DNA of 64,000 nucleotides from Eledone cirrhosa (lineage: Eukaryota). Location: positions 326,740,001-326,804,000 of the forward strand of contig OZ024743.1 of the NCBI GenBank assembly GCA_964016885.1. Direction: 5' to 3'. Position 1 is the first letter of the stretch, and each line of letters starts with the position of its first letter. Below the pieces are notes generated by a model that was not told the DNA's origin, made no database searches, and saw nothing but the letters and a program-made list of their open reading frames with translations. Shown piece by piece: positions 40,268 to 56,469 of the stretch. The position numbers and the translations under genes are program-made.

Positions 40268-40557
40268 ATTGGAAATAACACGGAAAATATATTTAAGGAT
40301 CTATTTTTCTTTTTTTCGTCTTTGATTCGTCAAAGTGATATTATTGAAAAAATGAGAGGAACAATTCTTTTAAAAAAAAGGGATTGTGAACCACTGATAC
40401 ATCGAAACCAGTTATATTTTATATATACATTATAAAACTCCTTTTTTTTTTAAAGAATTGTTCCTCTCATTTCTTTCAATAATGTCACTTTGACGAATCA
40501 AAGAACAAAAAAAAAAAAACAGATCCTTAAATATATTTTCCGTGCTATTTCCAATTC
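40268..40557. repeat. Diverged inverted repeat, ~115-bp arms
   Basis: aattggaaataacacggaaaatatatttaaggatct...gagaggaacaattcttt mirrored at 40439-40557. Confidence 0.8.
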
Positions 40558-40559
40558 CT

Positions 40560-40673
<114 letters not shown>

Positions 40674-40948
40674 GTGTAGCTGTTTTTTCTCGTTTTTTTC
40701 TCAATTTTTTCCGTACCTTCCTCTTCTCACTCATCTTTCTATTTCATCTTTTATTTCTCATTCTATCTTCTAATGAAGGACTAGAGTATGAAACGTTAAA
40801 ACTCTTTTCCTATTATTTCAAGCGTTAAACTAATATATTTTTTCATTGTACTGTGTCATTTGCTTTGTTATTTCTGTTCACTTTTTACATATGCAAGCAG
40901 GGAAAAGCGGACGTATGATGATGATGATGATATATATATTAAGTTTAC

Positions 40949-41109
40949 CCTAAATCTTCAAACATATGCTGTATCCTAGCATAAATATTTTGTGTAATGG
41001 AGTAGTAGTCGCTGCAGAGTAACATAGAAACTACAGAATATGACAGCTGTAGATTGATGACATCTGTTACCCCCATACCAGTAATTGAAGCAGGTCCGTT
41101 GTTGTTTGA
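40949..41109 (-). CDS. Putative exon of an unidentified gene
   Basis: Non-repetitive, ctctttcag acceptor and GTAAAC donor, one open frame SNNNGPASITGMGVTDVINLQLSYSVVSMLLCSDYYSITQNIYARIQHMFEDL; no homology recognised. Confidence 0.3.
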
Positions 41110-44100
41110 CTGAAAGAGATAGGGTGTGATTTTGAAGGACATATTTTAATTTAATTTATGACTAACACAGTATGAGTATGGTAGGTAGGATTATGATTTG
41201 TGTATGCTTGAGTTTGGTTTAGATTTACATTCTAGTTGCAAAGGATGGTCTTAGTTTTATATATGTATGTATGATATCATCATCATCATCATCATCATAT
41301 ATATATATGCATACATGAACAAACACATATGTGCATACACACATACATGAATATATAAACACATACAATATACACCTACACATGCATACATATAAACGCA
41401 AATGAATACCCTTTATACATAATTTCTGTTCCATACATGGCGAAAGCTTATTTATGAGATCCGACACTGCTGCAGTTGATTGCTATCTGTAAATGGAATC
41501 TAACAAAACATAAAGCAAGTTGTTTATAGATACATATATCAAACAGGATATTTGAGATTCTATTCCAGAAGGATTTTGCATAAACAAATGAGTAAATGAA
41601 GGAGCATCAATGTGGTCGCTCAACCTGCCACAAATAGTAGTCAAATCTCCCTCAAATTATATCTTAGCATTTTGAAAAGGAAGGAACAGATTGGACAATA
41701 TTGTCCAAGATGTGCAACATTTGAGAGAAGAATGGATTGGTTGTGGTTGGTATCCCTTTAACCCTTTAGTATTTAAACCAGCCAGAATTCTCTCACCTCT
41801 TTTTTTTCAAACTGGCTATAACTGGCCACTCATACTGATGTTACGGTATTGTTCTCAAAATAAATAATATCAAAATCTCATAGATTTGATATTGTGAGGT
41901 AATTATGTGAGGTAAAGCCTTTACCGTGAAAATATAATAGTAAATATAGAGTGTAAATGTTAAAGGGTTAAGCATATCTATCTAGGGCTAAACAACACCA
42001 ACACAAACTCAGACTAAATCAAAGTGCTTACAAAATCAGTCAAGCCTTTTTTGTACCAGTAAGCAGATAGTTCAGAGTGCTACTCTGACATAAAACAAAG
42101 CTTTTATATATTTATTCAGTCATTCTACTAGAAAAAAAAATATATTGCCTTGAAGTTATATATATACTGTAAAATAATTGAGTATTTGAAGTCAGGCACA
42201 CCTCACAATATACCACCAGATACAACTCACTCTCTTCAAGGGTACCTCCATGACCTGATGCCTCCTCTTATGGTGGTCACCCCCTCACTCCTATCAATGC
42301 CTTCCCAGTATCGGTGCCACAATAAAAATGCATCCAGCCTATTCTGTAAAGAGGTAGTGCTGGTGCCATTATAAAATGCCCCCAGTCCACCTTGTAATGT
42401 ACTTGTGCTTGTGGTGTCACAATGAAAAGCACCCAGTCCACACTATAAGGCAGTAATGCTAGTGTCATGACAAAAAGTACCCATTCAACCATGTAAATGG
42501 TAGTGTCAAAGTTACGATAAAATGCTCCCAGTACATGTTGTAAAGTGGTTGGCATTAGGAAGGATATCCAGTTGTATAAACCAGGCCAAAATTGAGAACA
42601 ATGTAGTCACCTGAGTAATCTAGCGTCAGTACATGACATGGCAAACCAATTTTCTTTTTTAAAAACACTCGAGAAGATCTCAAATATCATTCGCTTTCTG
42701 AGTGGAGTGGAACTCATCAAATCGGACCAAAGAAACAATGTTTCCATTGGTCTTTCCATTGCTGATACTATCTACCAGTTGCAACTCCTGGCAAAAAGAG
42801 CAAAATGAAATAAAGTGTCTTGCTTCAGGACATAATGCATGACCCAGTCAGGAAATTGGATTCACAACCTCACACTGTGAATCCAAATCTCTAACCACTA
42901 AGCCATCCACTTAGTAACCAATATAAGTATGGAAAATAGACGATAAATGATGATGATGATGATGATGATGATGACCTGGGTTTCACTCAATGCCAGTAAT
43001 ATATATAATGTGTGAGTGTGAGTGGATACTTCATAATGTATCATCAAATTATACAAATGTATGAAAAAGCAAAACTACATTTTTCATGTGCAAACAAACT
43101 CATATTGACATATTTGATTTTTCAGTTTATTTAATTTAACTCAACAATATTTATTCTCTACAGGAGATATTGTGTTTTATATATGTATATATATATGTCT
43201 GTGTAGATAGATAGATAGATACACACACACACACATATACATATATATATATGTATGTATGTATTTATATAAATGTGTGTATACATATATTTATATGTAT
43301 ATATTTAACTGCTTATTTGATGATAATTCTTAGGAATATTGATTTCACACTCAGGTTAACACTTATAATTCATTGGTGAAATGGGAGTGGTATATGATAG
43401 TTTTAATTATACAGATGACTCAGCTATACTGAGTAATGTGCAGCCTACTCATGCTAAGAGTTATGAGGGGTTTGCTTCAATCTACCAGTCATATTGGAAT
43501 TTACAACTTATTTTTAACCCTTTTCATACCAAACCCTCAGAAGCCACCTCTGGTTTCATGATACAAAAATGTTTATCTAAACTTGCTTAACCCTTTCATG
43601 GGTGTATTTTTTTTTTTTTTTTTTTAAGATATATACACTCCATTTCAATTAATTAATGAAAAATTTAAAAAGATTTACTAAAATAATTAATTATTTCATT
43701 CTAAACAACTTAACAATTATGTTGGAAGATTTTCATTCAAGTAGGAACCCTTTAAAATGGGTAGTTCTCTTTCATAGAAGCAGCCCAGTTTTAGCCGAGC
43801 TAGTATCAAAAGTGTTAAATTAACATTGAGATTGAGCAAAGCTAAAGATAAGTTTCTTGCCCCATATAATATACCTAACAAATATGTATCTTTAACCCTT
43901 TTGATACCAACCTTCCTGAAACCACCACTGGTTTTATGATATAAAACTATTTGCTTTCAAACTGTTTATCATCATCATCATCATCATCCTCGTTTAATGT
44001 TTATTTTTCCAAGCTTTGCATGAGTTAGATGAGTCATCTACATTATGATACAAGTCTGGCTAGTTAGCTGCACCATACCTTGCTCAAACAGAACTGGATT

Positions 44101-44649
44101 TTGACTGGATTTTTTACAGCTGGATGCCCTTCCTAACACCAACCACGTTTACAGTGAGGAACTCTAAAAACCTTCCACCATAATTTTATGTAAAAACCTT
44201 AGTTAAGTTATGTTCCAAACAGCAGGTTAATAGACCAAATCTAGGACCAAATCATTGCGAAGAGAACTTTTTAACTATTCAACTATGCTGTGACCAATAG
44301 AGCTGTGGTAGACAATTGAAGTAGGCACTAAAGTCCACTATCATCTCTGGTCTTATTGCTTGCTCTGAACAAAGTGGTGCTGGAAAGCTGCATATGAATT
44401 TACATTTGTTTAGTACAGCCATAACTTTTTCATTAAAAACTTGAAATCAAACACATTGACTTTCATTTTTTTTCTATCTCTAAAATGGCTGACTAAATAT
44501 ACACGTGCTTTTTCTCATTTTTTTTTTTTTTTTTTGTTCCTTCCTCTTCTCACTCTATCTTTCTATTTCATCTTTTATTTCTCATTCTATCTCCTAATGA
44601 AGGACTAGTGCCTGAAATGTAAAGACTTTTTTTCCTACTATATCAAGCG

Positions 44650-44879
44650 TTAACCCTTTATCATTTACATTATTCTATATTTACTATTGTATTTTTGTGG
44701 TAAAGGCTTTACCTTACATAATTATCTCACATAATAATTGAATCTATGAGATTTTGATATTATTTATTTTGAGAACAATACCTTAATGTCAGAATGAGTG
44801 GCTGGTTATGGCTGGTTTGAACAGGAAGAGGTGAGAGAATTCTGGTCGGATAGAACCAGTTTAAATGCTAAAGGGTTAA
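44650..44879. mobile_element. piggyBac-like MITE (other copies 13043-13270, 13661-14101, 34650-34858, 41758-41971)
   Basis: TTAA-CCCTTTA(G)CATTT...AAATGCTAAAGGG-TTAA termini; empty site visible in the paralogue at ~40825. Confidence 0.85.
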
Positions 44880-45832
44880 ACTAATATATTTCTTCATTGT
44901 ATTGTGTTGTTTGCTTTGTTTCTTTCCATTTACTTTTTGCATACACATATGTTCCACATCTTTTTCTCTTGAATAATTTTTCTTTACTTCTTTCTTCTAC
45001 CTAATTTATTTCTTTAGATTTCCTTACAAGTAAACCAATTTGCACCTGACACAATTATGTTATTTTAGAAACAAGATGATACTCTGTCCATAAGTATATT
45101 AAACACAAATTTCTCTTCTTTAAGAGTGCTACACACAAGTTAATTCTTTTCTAACATTTTTTTGTTTGTTTAGTTGTTTTTTTTCTTTTATATTTTGGGT
45201 ATTTTTTTCTGCAGGCACTTACACTTAATTGAAAGAAAAGGGGAGAAAAACTTTGACAAAACCCCCCAAAATAAACCCTTCCAAACCAACTCCACGTCCC
45301 CTCCCCCAAAATTGCTTTTGGGAGCCTGAAATGTATTCCACAGACTTCAGTGAGATTATATAGTAAAAGAGACTTCAATGATAAAAAGAATAGAGAGAAT
45401 TTACAGTTCTTTTAGTTGTAATACTTGACAAAACAAGATAAAACACAACATAAAAAGACTCTCCTCTCACTCTCCAAACCCCTTCCCTATCTATCTATCT
45501 CCCCCTCCAGACTCCACTCTTTTATCTCCCTCTCCTGTATCCAGTCACTCTCTCCCCACCTCTACATTCCCATTCCCCCCACATATGCTCTCTCTCTATA
45601 TATACCTCACCTCCACCCTATCTGTTCCCCATCCACACGCACTCTGCTCCACCCCTCTATCTATCTATCTATCTATCTATCAATCTTACTACCTATCTAT
45701 CTCTATTTAGTTGTGAAATATATAGTTTCTCCTAGAAACTAATTCCGATATTTTCTTGGTGTCATCTTTCTGAGAGGTGTTAACACAACAAATCAATGTA
45801 TATATGCATATATATACAGGCATATATATATG

Positions 45833-45917
<85 letters not shown>

Positions 45918-46169
45918 CATTTTCATCATCATTTCATTTTACGTCCGCTTTTTCCCTGCTTGCAAGGGTGGGACGGGAACTGATGTATACACATATATAT
46001 ATATGTGTATATATATATATATATATATGTGTATATATATATATATATATGTGTATATATATACATATATATATATATATAAAGGTTTACATATATATGC
46101 TAATTGGGAGAGGAACCGGTATATATTTTATCTGGTGATTCTATAGGCATGTTTTATGATATATATATA

Positions 46170-46200
<31 letters not shown>

Positions 46201-46244
46201 CTATATATATCTATATATATATATATATATAGTATATATATGTG

Positions 46245-46312
<68 letters not shown>

Positions 46313-46313
<1 letters not shown>

Positions 46314-46618
46314 GGAGGCACATGGCTTAGTGGTTAGAGCATTGGTCTTGCAATCGAAAGGTTGTGAGTTCAATTCTCAGACCGGGTGATGTGTTGTTTC
46401 CTTGAGCAAGACACTTTATTTCACATTGCTCCAGTTTACTTAGCTGTAGAAATGAGATAATAGGGACTGGGGTCCCTATCATTCCACTCTAAAGTGGTCG
46501 TGGAGGCGCCACGACAAAAAAGCACCCAGCACTCACTGTAAATGAGGTTGGTGTTAGGAAGAGCATCCAGCTGTAGAAATCAAGCCAGAATCAGTTCCCG
46601 TCCCACCCCTGCAAGCAG
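46313..46618 (+). mobile_element. tRNA-headed, RTE-tailed SINE (representative; other copies 23100-23480+, 24965-25360-, 27005-27336-, 37078-37398+, 37410-37730-, 39352-39790+, 51750-52000-, 55419-55697+, 59640-59995-)
   Basis: A box TGGCTTAGTGG, B box GAGTTCAATTC, TCCTTGAGCAAGACACTTT core, GGTGTTAGGAAGGGCATCC module, RTE 3' tail. Confidence 0.9.
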
Positions 46619-46619
46619 T

Positions 46620-47047
46620 GATTGTCTTGCTCGCATAGACTGTCTGGCAGGTTTTCTACAGTTGGATGCCCTTCCTAACACCAACCACATTTATAGTGTG
46701 GGTCTGGGAGGTTTTTACCGTGTTGCCTACACGGCCACATTACAGCGTGGACTGTGTGTTTTTTTGTCGTGACACCTACACGATCTCATTTGTTTCGGCC
46801 TGGATGGCGCGGCACCAACATAACTTTACATAGAACGGGGTGGTGTGGATGGGGTGGGGGTGGTGGCGGGACGGGGTGTATTTTGTTAGAGATGCCTACT
46901 GGCAAGGCGGGTCTTCTCTGTTACTGAGTACCGCCAAAGGTCTCAGTCCAGTGACATTGTCTTGGAGAGGTGTAAGTGTGTGAGGTCGGAGTTTATCAGC
47001 TCGTCCCAGGTTTTTCTAGGTCTGCCTATTCCGTGGCTACCGTCTAT

Positions 47048-47107
<60 letters not shown>

Positions 47108-47550
47108 GTGTATATATATATATACATACACTACCTAAATACAAAGTAAAACCTACTACAGTCAGTAGGCATCTCTAACAAAATATACCCCCCCTTCCCA
47201 CCACCCCCACCCCATCCACACCGCCCCTTTCAATGTAAAGTTATGTTGGTGCCACAACATCCAGGCCGAAACAAATGAGATCGTGTAGGTGTCACGACAA
47301 AAAAAACACACAGTCCACGCTGTAATGTGGCCGTGTAGGCAACACGGTAAAAACCTCCCAGTCCCACACTGTAAATGTGGTTGGTGTTAGGAAGGGCATC
47401 CAGCTGTAGAAAACCCGCCAGACAGTCCTATGCGAGCATGACAACCACTCTTGCCTCAAGTGGGAAAACTCCCGTCCAAACCCATGCAAGCGTGGAACAT
47501 GGACGTTAAACGATGATGATGATATATATATATATATATGTATATATATT

Positions 47551-47625
<75 letters not shown>

Positions 47626-48316
47626 GTATATATATAGCATCATCATCATCGTTTAACGTCCATATTCCACGCTCGCATGGGTTTGAACGGGAGTTTTCCC
47701 ACTTGAGGCAAGAGTGGTTGTCCTGCTCGCATAGGACTGCCTGGTGGGTTTTCTACGGCTGGATGCCCTTCCTAACACCAACCACATTTACAGTGTGGAA
47801 CTGGGAGGTTTTTACCGTGTTACCTACACGGCCACATTACAGCGTGGACTGTGTGTTTTTTTGTCGTGACACCTACACGACCTCATTTGTTTCGAGCTGG
47901 ATGTTATGGTACCAACATAACTTTACATTGAAAGGGGTGGTGTGGATTGGGTGGGGGTAGTGGGACGGGGGTGTATTTTGTTAGAGGTGCCTACTGATGT
48001 AGTAGGTTTCACTTTGCACTTAGGTAAGGCGGGTCTTCTCTATTACTGTGTAGCGCCAAAGATCTCGGTTCAGTGACATTGTCTTGGAGAGGTGTAAGTG
48101 TGTGAGGTCGGAATTTATCAAGTCGTCCCAGGTTTTTCTGGGTCTGCCTACTCCGTGGCTACCGTCTATTTTTATTGCCCTGCACTTTTTTATACAGCTG
48201 TCGTCTTTCATGCGCATCACGTGACCATACCAACGTAGTCTTCTCTCGAGTAAACAACATCTGATCCCTCTTATTTCTAATTTCTCCCTTGGTTCGTTTA
48301 TGCTTTGCCGTTCACG

Positions 48317-48320
<4 letters not shown>
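46620..48320. mobile_element. Three RTE 3'-end copies in alternating orientation separated by (TA)n
   Basis: 46620-47050 (-), 47150-47522 (+), 47640-48320 (-); shared 3'UTR; ORF end [14 protein letters not shown] in two copies. Confidence 0.8.
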
Positions 48321-50188
<1,868 letters not shown>

Positions 50189-50189
50189 A

Positions 50190-51150
50190 TATATATATAG
50201 GTTTTGTTAGGTAACTACTCGAATATATGGAGTGCTCACATATATATATTATCATCATCATCATATGACATCTATTTTCCCTGGAAGCAAGGATTGGTCA
50301 CATACATAAATTTGAAATGTACTCGTCCCAACGTAAATGAGTTTAATTAGAGTCAATCACTAAGGATAATACTTGAGAAAATTGGCTAAAATACTACTGG
50401 AGATGGAAAAAAGTGCCTCTGCCCACTTTTTTCCTCCTTCAGGGGTATGTTACCTGATTTTTTCAACTATTGTATACTGTGATCGACTATTATTATAGTC
50501 ATTTGCTTTAGGACAACTACATTTCATATATGTATATATGTATATATATATGTGTATATGTATATATATATGTATATATATGTATAAATATATATGTATA
50601 TATATATATATACATATATATACATATATATATATAGATATACACATATATATATACATATATATATACATATATGTATATATATATACATATATATATG
50701 TGTATATGTATATATATATGTATATATATGTATATATATATATATACATATATATTTATACATATATATACATATATATATACATATACACATATATACA
50801 TATATATATACATATATGAAATGTAGTTGTCCTAAAGCAAATGACTATAATAATAGTCGATCACAGTATACAATAGTTGAAAAAATCAGGTAACATACCC
50901 CTGAAGGAGGAAAAAAGTGGGCAGAGGCACTTTTTTCCATCTCCAGTAGTATTTTAGCCAATTTTCTCAAGTATTATCCTTAGTGATTGACTCTAATTAA
51001 ACTCATTTACGTTGGGACGAGTACATTTCAAATTTATGTATGTGACCAATCCTTGCTTCCAAGGAAAATAGATGTCATATGATGATGATGATAATATATA
51101 TATGTGAGCACTCCATATATTCGAGTAGTTACCTAACAAAACCTATATAT
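50190..51150. repeat. Long near-perfect inverted repeat around a TA-rich microsatellite
   Basis: Arms ~50190-50527 and ~50815-51150 are reverse complements with one visible mismatch. Confidence 0.92.
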
Positions 51151-51347
51151 TGTGATCATCATCATCACTGTTTTTACATTCATTTTTCCATACTTGTATG
51201 GGTTGGATGGGTCCTTTTCAGCTCAACATCTCTCCACATGTCGCGATCCTTCGTCATCTCTACTGTAAGTTTCAGCAATTTGAGATCAGCATTCACCACC
51301 TCTGCCCAGGGCTTCCTTCCAAGTGTCTGTGTATGTATATGTGTGTG

Positions 51348-51432
<85 letters not shown>

Positions 51433-51994
51433 GTATATATATAGAATCGTATTCAAGAAGCATTTTGAATTTTGAAAGATTGTTAGCTCTAAATGTAAGC
51501 TACTTCAACGTAGGTTTTAGCCTATGCCTCAAGAGACAGACAATGTAGACAGTATTACCTGTGGGAATTGAACTCACCCCTTTTTCCGTCTCTAAGGGCA
51601 TATGTATATACCCAACTTGTTTTACTATTTTCATACACAAAACCTACATTGAAGCAGCTTACATTTAAGTTAACATACTTTTAAACTATATATATATAAC
51701 CCATGCTAGCATGGAAGATGGACGTTAAACGATGATATATATATATTTCATCATCATTTTACGTCTGCTTTTCCCTGCTTGCAAGAGTGGGACGGGAACT
51801 GATTCTGATTTGATTTCTACAGCTGGATGCCCTTCCTAACACCAACCTCATTTACAGTGTGGGCTGGGTGCTTTTTTGCCGTGGCACCTCCACGACCACA
51901 TTGCAGTGGAATAATAGGGACCCTAGTCCTGTCATCTCATTTCTACAGCTGAGTAAACTGGAGCAATGTGAAATAAAGTGTCTTGCTCAAGGAA

Positions 51995-52680
51995 ACACAT
52001 CACCCAGAGTGGTATAAGCTCTCTGAACTTTTTCCATCCCATTATGACTCTAGCTACTGTACTTTCAGAACACCCTCCCCCACTGCTGATTTTGTCACCC
52101 AGGTAACGGAAAGTGTCCACTATTTCTATAGAACCATCTGTGCAATGGAATGAGCTAGTATTCTGTGGGCACTTGCTGCTACTTATTGCACCAGAGCACC
52201 GGCCACATATAGTTAGCTTACCTGTGATCCCACTACATCTTTTATGCACCCATACTTTGCATTTGGAACATAAAATGGAGGTTCTGCCTACTCCTTTCTT
52301 ACACACTGAGCATGGCCATTTCCCAGATGGGACCGGTGCCCTATTTTCCTTTCTACAAACTAGAACTTTAGTCTTAGACAAGTTAACTTTAAGGCCTTTT
52401 GATTCTAGGCCATGCTTCCATGTTTGGAATTTCTTCTCTAGTTCAGCCATTGATTCAGCTATGAGCGTTAGATCATCTGCATATAGGAGTTCCCATGGGC
52501 AGCCGGTCATGAACTCCTCTGTTATAGCCTGAAGGGCAATAATAAATAGTAGGGGGCTAAGAACAGAGCCCTGATGAACACCAACTTTTACGCTAAACTC
52601 TTCACTATATTCGTTGTTAATTCTAACCTTGCTGACTGTTTCTTTATACATGGCTTGTATAGCTCTCATAAGCCATTCAT
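51995..52680 (-). mobile_element. RTE LINE fragment (related subfamily)
   Basis: EWLMRAIQAMY...GVHQGSVLSP...LYADDL...FRYLGD; starts at (TA)n and its 3' side is joined to a SINE. Confidence 0.9.
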
Positions 52681-52895
52681 ATATATATACATATATATAT
52701 ATATATACAGTGAGTATGTATATACACACATATATATATATTATATGTGCGTGTGAGAGAGACGATGATGATGACAATGATAAATGTATGTTTATTTCTG
52801 TATAACGTCACCATACAAAAAGAGAAACAATTTTCTTAACATTGTCGCTATGGCATATCCCTTGATTTAGATTTTGTCATGGCTGTTTGACACAA

Positions 52896-52932
<37 letters not shown>

Positions 52933-53105
52933 TGTATATATATATATATAGTATATGTGATTCAATAGGCACACTGTCAAGTTCTCGTTTTCAACACCAA
53001 ACTTTGAGATCAGACAGCTACCAATGGATTTACAGGTTGATACACAATAAAAAACTAAATACATGTAAACCAAACTTCATTTTTCTGAATATATATATAT
53101 ATATT

Positions 53106-53142
<37 letters not shown>

Positions 53143-53649
53143 ATATATTTCGTTTCTGAATTTGTTTAGCAAGATTCTTTATCTGAAAACGTGTTGAAAC
53201 TGATATTGTTATACTTTGGGAGGGTCATGTTGCCAATAAGAAACACACGCACCAGTTGCTTTCACTTCAATTTATTGTAATAAATTTATAAATTTAGGAA
53301 TTTATAAATTTCCGGTTGGTTGGTTGGTTCCACAACCAGATGATTGTTTATATATTGTCAAAGTTCTTTCGTCACACATTCTGTGACCTCTTCAGTGACC
53401 AAACTTAAATAGAAAACATGAATGGAACAGCAACATCACAACTTACAATTAAGGACAAAATGAAAATACACACGCACATAGAACAAACAACCAACCAGTA
53501 ACATGTAAATAAACAAATAAATAAACAAATATAAATACACACAGGCACCCGGATGTAACATGTGCAAACTAAGCACACAACACACACAAAAACAAGATGG
53601 CGTAGGACAGAACAAAGGACAGGCACAAAAACAAAGAAAAGAATCCCCA

Positions 53650-53692
53650 GTCACTGAAGAGGTCACAGAATGTGTGACGAAAGAACTTTGAC
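53650..53692 (+). ncRNA. Minimal type-I hammerhead ribozyme (second copy 53357-53399 minus)
   Basis: gtca-CTGAAGA-g-gtcac-agaatgt-gtgac-GAAA-gaac-TT-tgac; stem III loop not palindromic. Confidence 0.72.
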
Positions 53693-53830
53693 AATATATA
53701 AACAATCATCTGGTTGTGGAACCAACCAACCAACCGGAAATTTATAGATTCCTAAATTTATTATAATAAATTGAAGTGAAAGCAACTGCTGCGTGTGTTT
53801 CTTATTGGCAACATGACCCTCCCAAAGTAT

Positions 53831-53874
<44 letters not shown>

Positions 53875-53913
53875 AACATAAGTCAATTGCATGAACTCAT
53901 AATCCTTTATTTA

Positions 53914-53967
53914 CTGCTATATATATTTCGATGATAGCCATTGAATGGCTATGACCTCATCAGGCAG
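53914..53967 (-). ncRNA. Minimal type-I hammerhead ribozyme
   Basis: ctgc-CTGATGA-ggtcatagccat-tca-atggctatcatc-GAAA-tatata-TA-gcag, then AATAAA. Confidence 0.85.
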
Positions 53968-54022
53968 TTAGTCAGTTCTTAGATATGCCAACTCTGTGTG
54001 TATAGTGTTGATGATATATCTA

Positions 54023-54097
<75 letters not shown>

Positions 54098-54098
54098 G

Positions 54099-54211
<113 letters not shown>

Positions 54212-54220
54212 GTACATATG

Positions 54221-54304
<84 letters not shown>

Positions 54305-54305
54305 C

Positions 54306-55371
54306 ATCATCATCATTTTACGTCCGCTTTTCCCTGCTTGCAAGGGTGGGACGGGTCTTATTCAGCACAGCATCTCTCCACTCGTCACGGTCCCTCGTCA
54401 TCTCCACCGTGAGCTTCAATGATCTGAGGTCTGTTCTCACCACCTCCGCCCATGTTTTTCGTGGTCTACCTCTACCACGTCTTCCTTCAACTGGCATTTC
54501 CTGGCACTTCTTCACCCATCGGTCATCCTCCATGCGCATCACATGTCCATACCACCTCAGTCTCCTCTCCCGTACACTACATTCTATCCCTCTCAGACAC
54601 AGTTTCTCTCTCAACACATTTATGCTGGGTCGTTCACGCACATTTACACTGCACATCCAACGGAGCATGCTTGCCTCATTTCTCTCCAGCCGTCGCATAT
54701 CTTCTGCGGTAGCTGCCCATGTCTCACTACCATGCAGCATCGCGCTCCTCACACAGGCATCATACAACCGGCCTTTCGTACGCAGGGAGAAACCCTTCTT
54801 CGTCAACAGAGGAAGCAGCTCCCTAAACTTCTTCCAACCCGTCCTTATTCTAGATACTATGGCCTCGGAACACCCTCCTCCCATGCTAATCTGATCTCCT
54901 AGGTACCGGAAGCTATCCACCACTTCTATAGCGCCCTCTCGCATTTGAAAAATGTGTCTATCAGTGCGACTTCTACTGTCTAATTTCCCTGTACATCTAC
55001 TGCATACATATTTCTCCCTACCTGTTAGTTTGCCTGCTATCCCGCTACATCTCTTGTGTACCCAGGACCTACATTGTGTGCATTTTATAGAATTTATGCC
55101 AGTTCCTTTTCTGCATATCGAACATGGCCATTTCCCTGACGGAATCAGGGTTTTGTCCTCTTTTCTACTCATCAACACTTTTGTCTTAGCTAGATTTACT
55201 CTCAGTCCTCTTGCTTCCAACTGCTGTTTCCATAGCCGGAATTTATTCTCTAGCTCCTCTACTGATTCTGCCATAAGAGCCAGATCGTCAGCATAGAGAA
55301 GTTCCCATGGACAGCCAGTCTTAAACTCCTCTGTTATGGCTTGGAGGACTATAATGAACAAGAGCGGGCTG
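54306..55371 (-). mobile_element. Second young RTE LINE copy, near identical to 48697-49770
   Basis: SPLLFIIVLQ...REKRT; differs from the other copy at two visible codons; (TA)n flanks. Confidence 0.97.
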
Positions 55372-55372
55372 A

Positions 55373-55404
<32 letters not shown>

Positions 55405-56469
55405 CATATATATATATATGGAGGCACATGGCTTAGTGGTTAGAGCATTGGCCTTGCAATCGAAAGGTTGTGAGTTCAATTCTCAGACCGGGTGATGTGT
55501 TGTTTCCTTGAACAAGACACTTTATTTCACATTTACTCAGCTGTAGAAATGAGATGATAGGGACTGGGGTCCATATCATTCCACTGCAAAAAAGCACCCA
55601 GCACTCACTGTAAATGAGGTTGGTGTTAGGAAGGGCATCCAGCTGTAGAAATCAAGCCAGAATCAGTTCCCATCCCACCCTTGCAAGCAGGGAAAATGCA
55701 TTCCAACTGCGACCAACCTGCCATTTTTTTTGTTTTTAGGTATAGTGTACTCTGAATTACACTATCCACTGTGTCCTTTTCTTAAGTGTGTAGGGTGTTG
55801 TTTAAAGGAGATTTTACAGCTATTTCTAGCAGGTTGGGTGACCACATAGTGGCTCCCTGTTTTTACAGCTGCTTCCATGCAAGCATGGAAAAAAAGGATG
55901 TAAAATGATGCTGATGATGATGATGATGATATCTTTCCTGTGTTTTTACGGTAAATAATATTTGTGCCATTCTCATTTCATATCTATCCACAAGCCAAAT
56001 CCTTGTTATTATGAAAACAAAATGCTGATATGTTTATTAGATATGCTTTTATCATTGTAGTAGGAATTTTCTTTGGATGCAGCATGGCTGAATAATTAAG
56101 AAGTTCACTTAGCAATTATTAGGGCCTGCTATCTTACCTACTCCTGTACTCTCAGGTCTCAAGACCTGCGAGTACAGTGTGATATCTTGGGTTTGTGTCA
56201 TTTACCATAGCCCCAGGTCAACCTTTGCCTTGTGTTGGAAATTGGGGAAACAAAAACGGTTTCAAAGCCTGTCAAATAGACTGTACATGTGATTCAAAAA
56301 GCCAGCCTTGTAACACTCTGTGTCATGTTGAATCTCCTTGAGAATTATGTTATGGGTACATTGTCTGTGGAATGCTCAGCCACTTACATGTTAATTTCAT
56401 AAGTCTATTCCATTGATTAAATAGGAACACTCATCATCAAAAACAACAATACCCTTTGGAGGATCTCCA

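Noticed and set aside
43381-43590. 69-aa ORF MGVVYDSF...
   Set aside because: No recognisable homology, and it runs into a MITE terminus.
46313-46385. tRNA genes at SINE heads
   Set aside because: A/B boxes present but no complete cloverleaf; they continue into SINE bodies.
50395-50445. CTGGAGA/CTGAAGGA plus hairpin as a hammerhead
   Set aside because: No GAAA or UH after the hairpin on either strand.
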